Source of the DNA: Cystobasidiomycetes sp. EMM_F5
Taxonomy: Eukaryota
Reading direction: 5' to 3'
Length of the DNA stretch: 20,000 bases
Assembly (NCBI GenBank): GCA_051047955.1
Contig: JBPGPT010000018.1
Coordinates: 300,511 to 320,510 of the forward strand
Shown here: positions 1 to 10,855 of the stretch, in pieces
How the letters are laid out: each line of letters opens with the position of its first letter
Position numbering within the stretch: the first letter of the stretch is position 1
The notes under the pieces: model-generated
What the model was told of the DNA's origin: nothing
The model's input: the letters and a program-made list of their open reading frames with translations, nothing else
The model's database searches: none
Program-made: the position numbers and the translations under genes

Positions 1-12
1 CCGCTGCGCAAG

Positions 13-2243
13 ATGGTCAGAATGGCAAGCGACCTCTTACTCCCCTCCTCGTCGTCGTACAGCGCTGCCTCGTCCAGGCCAGGTGCTCAGAATCGTACAT
101 CGTCGGGCAACGTGCCAAAACTAGACTATGGCACATCGTCCCATCGCAGAAACGAGAGCGCGATAGCCGAGGAGGACGAGGACGCGACGAGCTACTACGA
201 CGAGGAGGAGCAGTGGGGAAACTGGAGGCTCATCATGCTCACAATTGGACTGGCGGGAGCGCAGTTGGCGTGGACGATTGAGCTGGGGTGAGTGTGTGTG
301 CAAAAGAGCATGCATTGATGCGCTGATGCCTCGTCGATGCAGATACGGAACCCCATACCTCCTGTCCCTCGGCCTGTCAAAAGAGCTGACTTCCCTCGTC
401 TGGCTCGCGGGTCCGATATCTGGCTTTATAGTCCAGCCCATCATTGGCGCACTGTCCGACAACTCGTCTTCCCGCTATAGACGCAGAAGATGGGTAGTCT
501 ACACTACGGCTCTCATCACCTTTTCTGCCATTACACTCGCTTTCGCTTCCGAACTCGGTACTTGGCTGGTCGACCTATTCAACAGAGGTCAGGGTGACTG
601 GGATCCCAAGCGGAATCAGGATGTAAGCATTGCAGCTGACTCGTGGTACTGCGAGCTTCATCCTGACGCATCGTAATTAGATTAAATACGCAAGCATCGG
701 TCTAGCCGTGTTTGCATTCTATATTCTCGATTTCAGCTTGAACGGCGCACAAGCTGCTCTCCGCGCTCTCGTTCTCGATTTGGTCCCGTCGGACCAGCAA
801 ACAATGGCCAACGCTTACCTTGCGCGCATGACAAATATCGGCAACATCATCGGGTACAGCTTCGGCTACATCAACTTGACGAGCTCCATCCTCCTACGCT
901 GGATCGGTGGTGGCCAGTTTCGCAAACTATGCATCCTCTCAGTCACCGTTCTCGATATTTGCGTGTTCCTCACATGCTTCTTGAACCCGGAAGAACGCCT
1001 ACCCAAAGTCAAGCGAGACAAGTCTCTTAGTAAAGTCTTTTCCAACATTATCAGCGCAGCAAAGGATCTCCCAATTCCAATCAGGCGGATTTGCTACGTT
1101 CAAGTATTTGCTTGGTCTGGTTTCTTCCCCATGATGTTTTATTCGGTGCGTTGAAGTGAACTCAGTCGTGTCGCCTCAGGTTCTGACTGCTTCACTCTGC
1201 AGACTACTTGGATTGGCATGCGCTACAAGCTGCAATACCCCGACAATCCCCCAACAGACGATACCGCTACACGTGCCGGTTCCTTGGCTCTCCTGTTTCA
1301 ATCCATCATTGCCGTCTTGACATCCCTGTTCCTGCCCATCTTTCAAGCTGCTGGGTCTAGTGACTATGTTCTGTCCCGCCCGCCAACGAAAGCGTGGAAC
1401 CTGCTTCGCTGGTTCTTGTCGCTCTGGACACCGCGAAACTTGTGGACCTTTTCGCACGTCTGGTTTGTCGGCATTATTGGCACTACATTTTTAGCAAGCA
1501 CGCACGAGCAAGCAACTTGGGTCGTTGCTGCATTGGGTGTTTCGTGGGCCATCACGTGCTGGATTCCATTTGCCATTCTCATGGAGTTTATCCGCGAGAT
1601 GGAAGCTGGAGCAGAGTTGAATGGCGACGTAGTGATTTCCGCTGCCGAAGTTGCGGAATCTATGATTGATGAGCGAGTACGGGGGGATGGCGACAACGAG
1701 TCGTACCTGTCTGTTCCCGGAAAAGCCAAGCCTCGCTCGCGCAGACAGTCTAGAGCGTCTAGTATTCGCAGTCGACGATCGTCGATCCGAAGTAATAGAT
1801 CTGGTAGATCGGCGCGCATGCGTGTCGCAAAGGCTGTGGGAGAATGCCAGCCTCTTCTCGAGAATGGCAATGAGCCGCCCCAAAAGACTGAAGGCGGTAC
1901 GATTCTTGGAATTCACAATCTGGCCATCGTGTCACCGCAGTTTATTGTGAGTGGCCACTAACGACAAGTTGTGACTACGTGTTCTAATCATTATACGTAC
2001 CCTCAGACTGCCATCGTCGCGTCTATCATCTTCAAGATTTCTGAAATTACTCAAGACTCGCCGTATCGCCGCAAGCATGGCATCGAGTCTGGTGCAGATG
2101 TCGTCTGGGTACTTCGCTTCGGCGGTGCTATGACTATCTTTGCAGCCATCGCTTCGAGATGGGTACCCGCTGCTCCGAGCGAAGTTACATATGTCGAGAT
2201 GCTCAAGGAGTCTAGCAATGTTCGTGACGATGACGACGTCTAG
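13..2243 (+). CDS. SLC45/SUT-like (GPH family, MFS fold) sucrose/alpha-glucoside:H+ symporter, ~666 aa, 5 exons
   Basis: Exons 13-287, 343-622, 681-1145, 1203-1946, 2007-2243; introns GT..AG of 55-60 bp. Family motifs: GAQLAWTIELGYGTPYLLSLG, VWLAGPISGFIVQPIIGALSD, SRYRRRR, LDFSLNGAQAALRALVLD, VQVFAWSGFFPMMFYSTTW, GTILGIHNLAIVSPQFI. The start could be ATG 13 or ATG 22, and the window edge limits the upstream view. Confidence 0.9.
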
Positions 2244-2557
2244 ACACGAGACCAGCAGTACAGTCGTGTGCGGATGGCTTTCTCTCTCGCTCGTATTCTC
2301 TGGCTCTCTTCCCCTTCATCACATCGTCTCGCAAATTGAAACTAATGAATCTATTGACACGCCCTTTACGATGTAAGGATAGTATGAATAGCTCGTTGTC
2401 TGTCGATGAGGTAATAGACTCGTTGTCGCATTTATCGGCATGTCGCGGTATTTCGGTCCATTCTTTTGCCAATTTACGCGTCTTGTTTGTGCAAAATTCT
2501 GCCGATTTCAAACTTGAATCTCGACCAACTAAATGACCAACCTATGCTGAGACTACC

Positions 2558-5057
2558 ATGACTTCGCCGTCGAGGAGTATTGGCATTCCCAACATCCCGC
2601 CCAGAGGTGGACGGGAGAGCGCAGCTGGGAGCGCTGCAGCCTCGCCGTCTCAGTCTCAATCGCAGTCTCGGGGGCTGCTCACACCGCATCCATCGCAGTC
2701 GCAGCTGCATCTATCGACGTCGTATGGCAGGACAACGCCCGGCGACGAGTCTTTGAACGACAATCTGACTGACGAGCAGCGAGCAAGAATTGTCGCAAGA
2801 CATTTGGTGGACCGTCAAGGCCAGTCGAGGGTCAGAAGGGCGTCGAGAGGGCAGCAGGCTCAAGGACTGGCTGGAGAGACCAACGACGTCAAGAAAAGAC
2901 TGCGAAAAGTGTTTGGAAACAGCAAAACTGCCGAAGAAGGCGTATTGGACGACGACGAGCATGGACTGGGCGAGGCAGACGCGGACAACGACGAGGACGA
3001 TGGCACACATAGCCCAAGCAAACTGCCGCAGGATCCCGACGAATTCCCCGTTCGTGCAGCTCCGTATTCGGCAGGCTTCACAATTTCGCACACTGACTGC
3101 CCGCTCTACAGATGCCATTCGGTCTGCAAGGAGGAGACACGACACACGGAGTGTACGCTTGGCAGCGGAAAGCTATAGCCGCAAACTCGCCTGCTCTACG
3201 AAAAAGATCTAAATCAGTCGGCGAACTGAGCAGTCTCAGCGGTATCAATAACGCTCGCGATGCCGATGGAAGTATGCTGGAAGAGGGACCTAGTGCCGGA
3301 GGTGATGACGACGTCGACCCGAATGTCACAGACGTCAAGAAGATGCTGGAGCCTGGCGGATTCAGGAGGAATTACATTGCTCGACAAGCCGCCCAGCAGG
3401 ATGATGCCGGCTCATCCGTTGGCAGTCCAAGAGGTGCCAACGGCTATAGCAATGGCAAGATGCAAAGACCACGTCCGACTCGCGCAACAAGTAGTTTTGT
3501 CGAATTCCTATCACTCTACGGCCATTACGCTGGTGAGGAGCTAGAGGAGATTGAAGAGGGTGACGAGGAGGAGGAGGAGGAAGCTTTGGAAGCGGCTGAA
3601 AGAGCTATACCTCGCGGTGCCGCACGTGTACCTCGAGATGTGGACGAGCGGACTCCGTTGGTCAAGAGAAACGATACACGAGCGCGCATAGCACGTAAGC
3701 GAGTCAGCCAAGAGGGCAAGCAGGGCGAAGCCACAGTCACTCAAGCAGTGCTCATGCTGCTAAAATCGTTTGTTGGTACTGGCATCCTTTTCCTCGGACG
3801 AGCCTTCTTCAATGGAGGCATGCTCTTCTCCATCATCGTTCTTCTCTCTATCGCCATGATCTCCCTATACTCCTTCCTCTTGCTCGTTCAGACCCGCCTT
3901 GTTGTCCCAACAAGCTTTGGTGACATTGGTGGAGTTCTGTATGGTCCATACATGCGCTATGCTATTCTTACAAGTATCACATTGTCCCAAGTCGGCTTTG
4001 TGTCTGCTTATACTATCTTTGTGGTGAGCACAATCTTTTGTGCGCACAGACGGAGAGATAACCTTGATGAGATTTTTTTGCCCAGGCGCAAAACATGCAG
4101 GCATTCATTATGGCAGTAACAGACTGCAGGACATACATCCCTATTGCCATTCTGATCTTTGCACAAATTCTATTCTATCTCCCTCTAGCCATGTTTCGCA
4201 ACATTCACAAACTGTCAGGTACTGCTCTCATTGCGGATGGTTTCATCCTTATCGGCATCGTCTATATTGCCTACCTTGAAATTGGTCACCTCAACGAGTA
4301 TGGACTCGGCGACGTTGTGCTTCTTAACAAAGCCAAATTCCCGCTGCTTATCGGCACGGCAGTATTCTCCTTTGAAGGTGTTGGATTAGTCATACCCATT
4401 ACGGAAGCAATGAAGGAGCCCGAAAAGTTCCCGAAAGTCTTGTCTGGCGTCATGGTTGGCGTCGCGTCGCTCTTTGCGGCCGCAGGAGCGCTCGGATATG
4501 CAACATTCGGATCGGATATCCAGACTGTTGTCCTTACGAATCTGCCGCAGGACGATCGGTTGGTCAACGCTGTCCAATTCCTCTACTCTATAGCCATTAT
4601 GCTCTCTACGCCTCTCCAGCTATTTCCCGCAGTTCGCATTATGGAACAAGGCATCTTTTCGCGATCGGGAAAATACTCTAACCGCATCAAGTGGCAGAAG
4701 AATGCATTCAGGTCGCTCACTGTCCTTGGATGCACATTGATCTCTTGGGCTGGAGCGAGAGATCTCGACAAATTTGTGGCGCTTATCGGAAGTACCGCAT
4801 GTGTGCCACTCTGCTTCTGCTACCCTGCCCTTCTGCACTACAAAGCCTGTGCCAAGAATCGAAGGGAGAAGCTGCTGGATATCATCCTTGTCACCTTCGG
4901 GGTGTTGATGGCTATTTATACCAGCATACAAACGGTAAGCAATCTTTCGAGACTCGGGTCACAACTGCTGACTTGGCCGTTCTCTCGCCAGATTGACATG
5001 TTTGCACACTCGAAGAGTGATCCTCCAAAGTTGGGCAAGTGCCCAGTGCCAGAATGA
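2558..5057 (+). CDS. AVT3: Vacuolar neutral amino-acid exporter, AAAP/SLC36 family (Avt3/Avt4-like), ~772 aa, 4 exons
   Basis: Exons 2558-3049, 3112-4023, 4086-4934, 4992-5057. Long hydrophilic N-terminus with the fungal Avt3/4 blocks LQGGDTTH, PGGFRR and FVEFLSLYGHYAGEEL, then LLKSFVGTGILFL, GTAVFSFEGVGLVIPI, STPLQLFPAVRIME and DLDKFVALIGS. AVT3 versus AVT4 cannot be settled by eye. Confidence 0.92.
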
Positions 5058-5278
5058 TACCTCAATACACACAGAGACAATTATCACGATACATATGGCT
5101 GCATTCGTAATTCTGCGCCCTTGCGCTGCGGAGCGGCGTCTGGTTGCCTAGTATATACAAAAGCCCAATGTGGATATGACTTGGTGTCGATAGTAAGAAT
5201 TTGTTTGCAGCATAAGGCATACATCCGGTATCAGCATCAAGTCTGCTTTTCTGCACTCTGACAACACTACCACTGCAC

Positions 5279-7522
5279 TCAGCACAATAATGCGAATTTA
5301 CTAATCATCAGTCCTCGTTTAGTCTGCTTTTCGTCTGCGTTGGTGTCGCCGGACTGCACTTGGCTTGCAGTAACTGACAGGTCGACGATCCTTACGAACG
5401 CGCTACCGTCTTCCATCTCTGCGATATGCCATGGCTCCCAACACCATACCTCTCTTCCCTCTTTCATCTGAGAATGGAGATCAACGATACTGGCGGGAAC
5501 GAATAGAGTCTTGAACCCTTGCTGTTCATCCTCCTTCCTCTTCATCGCCGCCATCGTCTCGAATGGAATCTTGGCTTGCACTCCATACTTTATACCGTCC
5601 GCTGCAGCTTGTTCTGCCTGCTGTGCGCGAAGCAGAGATGCCGAATGATTGCCTCCGACAATCACTTCGTGATCACCCTCTCGTGAAGTCATGTTCCGCC
5701 CTTCGATAGCCGCAATACCTTCTTGCCTGTAGACTGAGCTAGATGGTTGAGCTGATCGTGACGACGACGTCGCATGTGGTAGTGAAGGCACGACTGTTCC
5801 TTCCTGCTTGACCGCCGCTTCCCCTCCCCGAAATGCAGAAGCTGTAGAGAGCGAAGATCGGGGATGCGTGGTTAATGAAAACAGAACAATCCCCTCGGTA
5901 TAGGATTCCTCGTGTCCGCTTGAGACTGGATTGACGAAACCCTTTCCCATTTCTTCGGCATCCTCTTCTTCGTCTGCGTCATGCAGGATTCGACAGGTTG
6001 TACACATGAGCTTTTCTCCAACGCCTCCGGTAATGAACCCTCCGCCTGATGGCCTGTCTGTTCTGATACCACCCTGTCCTGCGGGCCCAAAATCATTGTT
6101 GATGTCCAGACGCGCCAAGCTGGGAGGTAAGGAAGAATGTATTTCGACGATTTGAAGCCTAAGTCCGGGATTGAGATCGGTCTTGAGCTGAGCGAGCGTT
6201 CTTTTAGCAGTGGAGAGAGAGCGAGAGTGACCATGTCGTGATGTAAGAGATGGTTTGCTAGGCGAAGAAGAGGAGTCGCTCCGCTCTTCCAGCATTACAT
6301 CCTTGACTTCCTCCTTCTTTACTCTGTTGAGCCTCGAGGCTGAGGGTCCACTAAGCAAGCGTTGTGTCTCGTGCAACCACAGGCTCTGGCTAGTCTGATT
6401 CCGCTTGATGACGTTTGCAGCTCGTTCAGCTAGACCCGCCTTAACCCACCCTCTTCGCTTCTTGCGAGGTGACAGAAGTTCAGCAATATCCTGCTCTACG
6501 GTGTTTACGCTCGCGAATGGTGATTCGGAGGAATTGGGATTGGATCTGAAGAGTTCGGGTATGAATGGCTTCAAGTCGCCCGTCTCCCGCTTGTTGGGAG
6601 AGGTAGAGGGACCGCCTAGAATGGAAGAGAGACGATGAAGCGGCTTTGATGATGACGTCTTCTGGCGTGCTGCAGTTTGTGGGTCACTTTGATCAGCATG
6701 TGGGCGCCTGGAATCCGTGCCGGGCGTTTTGGTAGCACTTTGCAGCAGACCGAAACCGCTCGCGATGGAGGGGATTGCTGCTGTCGGTTTTCTGAGGGTG
6801 GACATTTGGCGGGTGGATTGAGCCTTTCGCGGCGTTATTGTGCGAGCATCGTCATCTGAGCTGGATTCAGACTCTGCAACAAGGTCCTCCTCTCCGGCTT
6901 GATCGTCATCCACAGACATGACATGGTCACCGTGGCTATCATCCTGATCCGAGACTTCAATATCTGTTGCTTGAGCTCTACCTGCGCGACTCGATGTAGT
7001 AGTAGACTCGGTGTACGCGGTCGTTCGTAATCTCTTTGCAGGATGAGAGGAGTCGTTGCCTCGCCGTACAAGCGGGCTCGATAGGGTAAACGAGTTCTGG
7101 AATGACGTAGAATGGGTCTTGGATGCAGATGGAGGAGGTCTGTGCGCGACGGGGGATGAGTGTGTTGTGGTACCTGCAAGGCCATGCCGTCAGTCTCTGA
7201 AGCGTCGGATTCATATTTCTTTCGGCACTTCTCCACCTTTGTTGATGTTGGCGCTTGAGACTTTGTTCGACCGACCACCGCCAACCCTGCTGGCACCAGG
7301 CTGCTTTGCCAGTCCAAAGCTTTCGTGGAATGCATTGATGGCATCGTCTACACGACGTGGACGGGCAGCATTTACCTGCTGTGCGCGTAGAATGGCAGCA
7401 CTTTCGTAACTTCTTCCCGGATTGCGGTATGAAGATGCTTCTTTTTGGAGGGGATCAGTCTGGGCGTCAGTGTCAGCTCCATCGTCTCCAACTACGACAA
7501 TATCCTCGTCTCGATGGTCCAT
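5279..7522 (-). CDS. Uncharacterised ~726-aa protein: disordered N-terminal half plus a candidate SPIDR/DUF4502-like OB-fold region
   Basis: Exons 7522-7237 (MDHRDEDIVVVGDD...NINK) and 7173-5279. The 546-aa ORF frame stays open upstream to 7173, where a CTGAC branch point and TTGCAG acceptor lie. The phase-compatible donor is GTGGAG at 7236, which is weak (intron 7174-7236, 63 bp). Basic NLS-like motifs PAKRLR and SPRKKRR. The coding status is well supported; the family call is an inference. Confidence 0.8.
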
Positions 7523-7806
7523 GCTCTCAAAACAATGTCGTGCTAAAAGACATCCTTCGTCGCCGCTTCGTGCCGGGCGCCGTTGAACGGGGCAGCACAG
7601 GGACATCGAGGCTGACACTCTTTTGGCCGGACAGCGACTGAATACCAATACTACGCTCGTTTTCACAGCATATCCTGACTCGCAGCGTCTCTGGCGTCCT
7701 GCTCCGATTTGAACAGCCTCGATACGGTCACTATTGCGGATTTTGGATCAATATCTGGTCATTTGTATATCCTGGTTATATTCTCAATAACGCCCGCATC
7801 GTCGAC

Positions 7807-10044
7807 ATGCTCACTCTCACTGCAACCGCAGCTATCGCTTTCCTGGCGACCATTCAGCCCACCACTGCTCAAATCGCAGCCGGGACATCTGCGGGCGAAG
7901 GTTCAGTCAGCGGGCCGACATCAACGCCAGAGTGGGCTCAACTTGACTGACGTTGATGATGAGTGGTGGGGCTGATGGACGGCTCCCTCGTTGGCCCGTT
8001 TCCCGCGTTCCCAGCGCCGCCGGATACAACTGCGATACTTCGAAATGTCAACTGCCGAGCTGCCATGTAGGCGAATCCACGCAGGAACTGAGCATACCAG
8101 CGACATGTTGACGCCGTGCATGTCTACGCAGTGCGCTTCAACCAGCATACCCGGGGGACTCAGCCGAGATCAGACTCCTCAGTTCATCAGTGTGTCTTTG
8201 TACATCATAGAAACGACAATCACGCGCTAACGCTCACTGCGACAGCACTGACGAGCGACGACGCGATACAAAGGTACACTATCGAAGCAGTGACGCACTT
8301 CTTGGGCAACAGGACAAACCCGAACGGTGCATACAGTCTCGATTCAGACGAAAGTGCTCCTGCTGATAAAGTGGTGGCACTACAGGCTGTCCTGTCAAAT
8401 CGACCTACTTTACATCTCTTTCATACACAAACTACTCCCTGGTAACAGACTGGTTTGTAGCGGGAAACGAAATTGCAGATGTAGGTAAATCGAGCACGCA
8501 TTCCAGCATACATTGCCGCTCATGGTATTCCCGCTGTAGCACACAATGACGCATGTTGGCGACGCACCCCAGAGTGAGATTGACGGGAATCTCGCTGCTC
8601 TGAATGCGTTTGCTGGCATTCCGTTCTCCAGCATCACTGGTTTTCGGGCGCCGTTCCTCAACTACTCGGTCAACACGCTAAAACACCTCCAGGCTGCCAA
8701 GTTCGAGTACGACTCGTCAGTATCGTCCGCTACACCCGTCACGTCTAACCAGACAGACGCATACTGGCCTTATACGCTTGATTATGGCCTGGCCAACGAC
8801 TGTTTGAATGGAGTTGCGGGTATCTGTAAAGGCCAGCCTGTCATTCCAGGATTATGGGAGATTCCAATGTACAGCACTTTTGATACGAAGGGTAGTCCTC
8901 ATTTGTGAGCCAGATTGATTTTCGTTACATAGGGTGCTGAAGCTAACATGTTGAATAAGGATGGACGCGTACCTTGATGATGCCAATGCGGCAAACGTTG
9001 GAGCGTGGTACAAGTCGACATTCCTAGACCACTATAACAACAATCGCCAGCCATTTGGTCTCTACAACCATCCTATCGTAAGTCGTACATACCCCTTCCA
9101 TTGTATTCTAGCGCCTGAGTCTGGCTTTTTGCACACATAGCACCTGGCCGTAGGATATCCAGGCCTGACGGACCCGCTCGACCAACGACGAATGATCAAC
9201 CAATTTTTGGACTTTGCGCAAACTCAACAGAATGTGTGGATTATCACAAATCAGCAGCTCTTGGCGTGGATGAGGAATCCTAAGCCTGTTAGCGTGGGTC
9301 GCTGTAATCTCTTTGCGCAACGTATAATTACATTGAGGTTGATCGCGGCTCGTCATCCGTCTACAGCAATTGAACACTATTCCAGAGTTCCAGTGCAGTC
9401 AACCCCAAGTCTCGGCGGCCATTTGCAACGGCATGGTGAGCGACCACGTCACCATCATCTTTGGGAATGTCTGATTCCATCCATGTTATTGTCAGTACCC
9501 GAACGAATTGGGGCTATTGCAGAACTGTCCGTTTTCGGATTTCCCGTGGACGACATGCTACGGCTGTCCAGTCGAGCCGCCGTCGCCTACCAACCCTGTT
9601 CCAGCACAGGCTTCCACAGCAGGAGGACCTCCACTCCGACATCGGATTCCAAGTAATTGCTCGACGCCGTTCTGGGAGTGAGTGCTATCGAGTATGACAC
9701 CCTCATGTACAAATATGCTAATTTACGAATGTGTGTGCGCGCAGCCCAATTGGAAACAAATGCCTGTGTTCTACTTCGAATTGCCAATTCTCAGATCAGA
9801 CGAAACCCATTGGACCGAATGGACAGAATGTGAGTCCGCGAGTGTATGCATTTCAGTTGATTGTCCGCTGATACCGTGGCGTCATCAGCTTACAGGCGGT
9901 GGAACCGGAGCCAAGGACGCAAACAACCCTACCACTTCGTACGTCCCCTTCAAGACTGGGAGTGCGGTTCGTTTGAGCGGTAGTCGGATCCTTGTATCCG
10001 TCGTGGCGATAGCTGGCCTAGCCATGATGTATCCTGGCGTATAG
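7807..10044 (+). CDS. Secreted, probably GPI-anchored carbohydrate esterase family 4 polysaccharide/chitin deacetylase (insect-CDA-like subgroup), ~512 aa, 12 exons
   Basis: Exons 7807-7931, 8015-8066, 8132-8189, 8246-8326, 8386-8480, 8540-8904, 8960-9077, 9141-9293, 9367-9435, 9496-9677, 9745-9829, 9889-10044. Signal peptide MLTLTATAAIAFLATIQPTTA, then CDTSKCQLPSCHCAS, catalytic motifs QFITLTSDDAI, GNEIADHTMTH, GFRAPFL, YDSS, YWPYTLD, LWEIPM, NRQPFGLYNHPIH, a Cys-rich C-terminal domain and a hydrophobic C-terminal tail. Confidence 0.92.
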
Positions 10045-10342
10045 GTCTCGATGCCGATGGTGGTCAAAGCACATTAGCGCTCCACTTTCTGTCGCTTATT
10101 TCGGTACGCTGTTATCCTATTTCTCGTTGTGTTTGACATCTATGTGCAACGCCCAGTAGCGCACAAGATGAATCATCCTATCATGGACAATGTGTCGAGT
10201 ATGTCTTTCAGGTTGTTTTGACAACAATCCGTTACATTCCATGTTCGAGTCCATTTATATTGGCGCGGCATATGTTCAAGACTGACAGTCTGATGGAAAT
10301 GAAGGCTGATTGAATGCCTTTTTCGAGCTGATTAGGGACTAT

Positions 10343-10532
10343 CCCCTGAGTTGCGGGGCAAACGTCTGATTCATCTGTACTCTAACGTCTCAATGGTGCT
10401 GAATACAGAAGACACAAGATTGGAGTACTGTTATAGACAGTAGACTGCGCAAGTAACCTCTTTTCGTCAATGATCTGGTCCGTTCTGGCCTGCGAACGTT
10501 TGGCTCAGGACAGGGTTCCAGCGGTGATGTCA
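10343..10532. promoter_or_regulatory. Candidate stress-response elements upstream of TPS1: STRE (CCCCT) and a CRE-like site (TGATGTCA)
   Basis: CCCCT at 10343-10347 and TGATGTCA at 10525-10532 (one mismatch to TGACGTCA). These are short motifs and could occur by chance. Confidence 0.3.
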
Positions 10533-10855
10533 TCGGAGGTCACCTTATTCAAGCGTCTCTGGAACTTCTCCGAGCGTGTAGAATATCGCTGAGCTTGCGT
10601 TTGTAATTGCAGTGCGCCTTATTTGCGTCTGCTGGCTCACTCGTCTCCGCAACCCGTCAATACCATATATCAAGGCACAACGAAGCGGGTCTCTCAGGCC
10701 AATCTAGCACGTTAACAAGCGTAATCATCGTTGTATTCTACTCATAATGTGTCATATACACCTCTACAATAATTCCCCAAGTGATTTATTCGCCGTGCCG
10801 TCACTATACATGGACATGGCTTGATTTACTTCCAACCCTCAAAGCCAAGTCGAGC

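Noticed and set aside
3533..3590. GAG repeat tract
   Set aside because: It encodes the acidic poly-Glu stretch that normally follows the GH(F/Y)AGE motif in Avt3/4 proteins; it is not an independent element.
10045..10745. ncRNA, snoRNA or heat-shock element in the largest intergenic gap
   Set aside because: I found no convincing C/D box pair with terminal stem and no tRNA fold. There is only a 6-bp hairpin (TACTGT/ACAGTA near 10426-10443), and the GAA/TTC spacing near 10560 does not fit nGAAnnTTCn.
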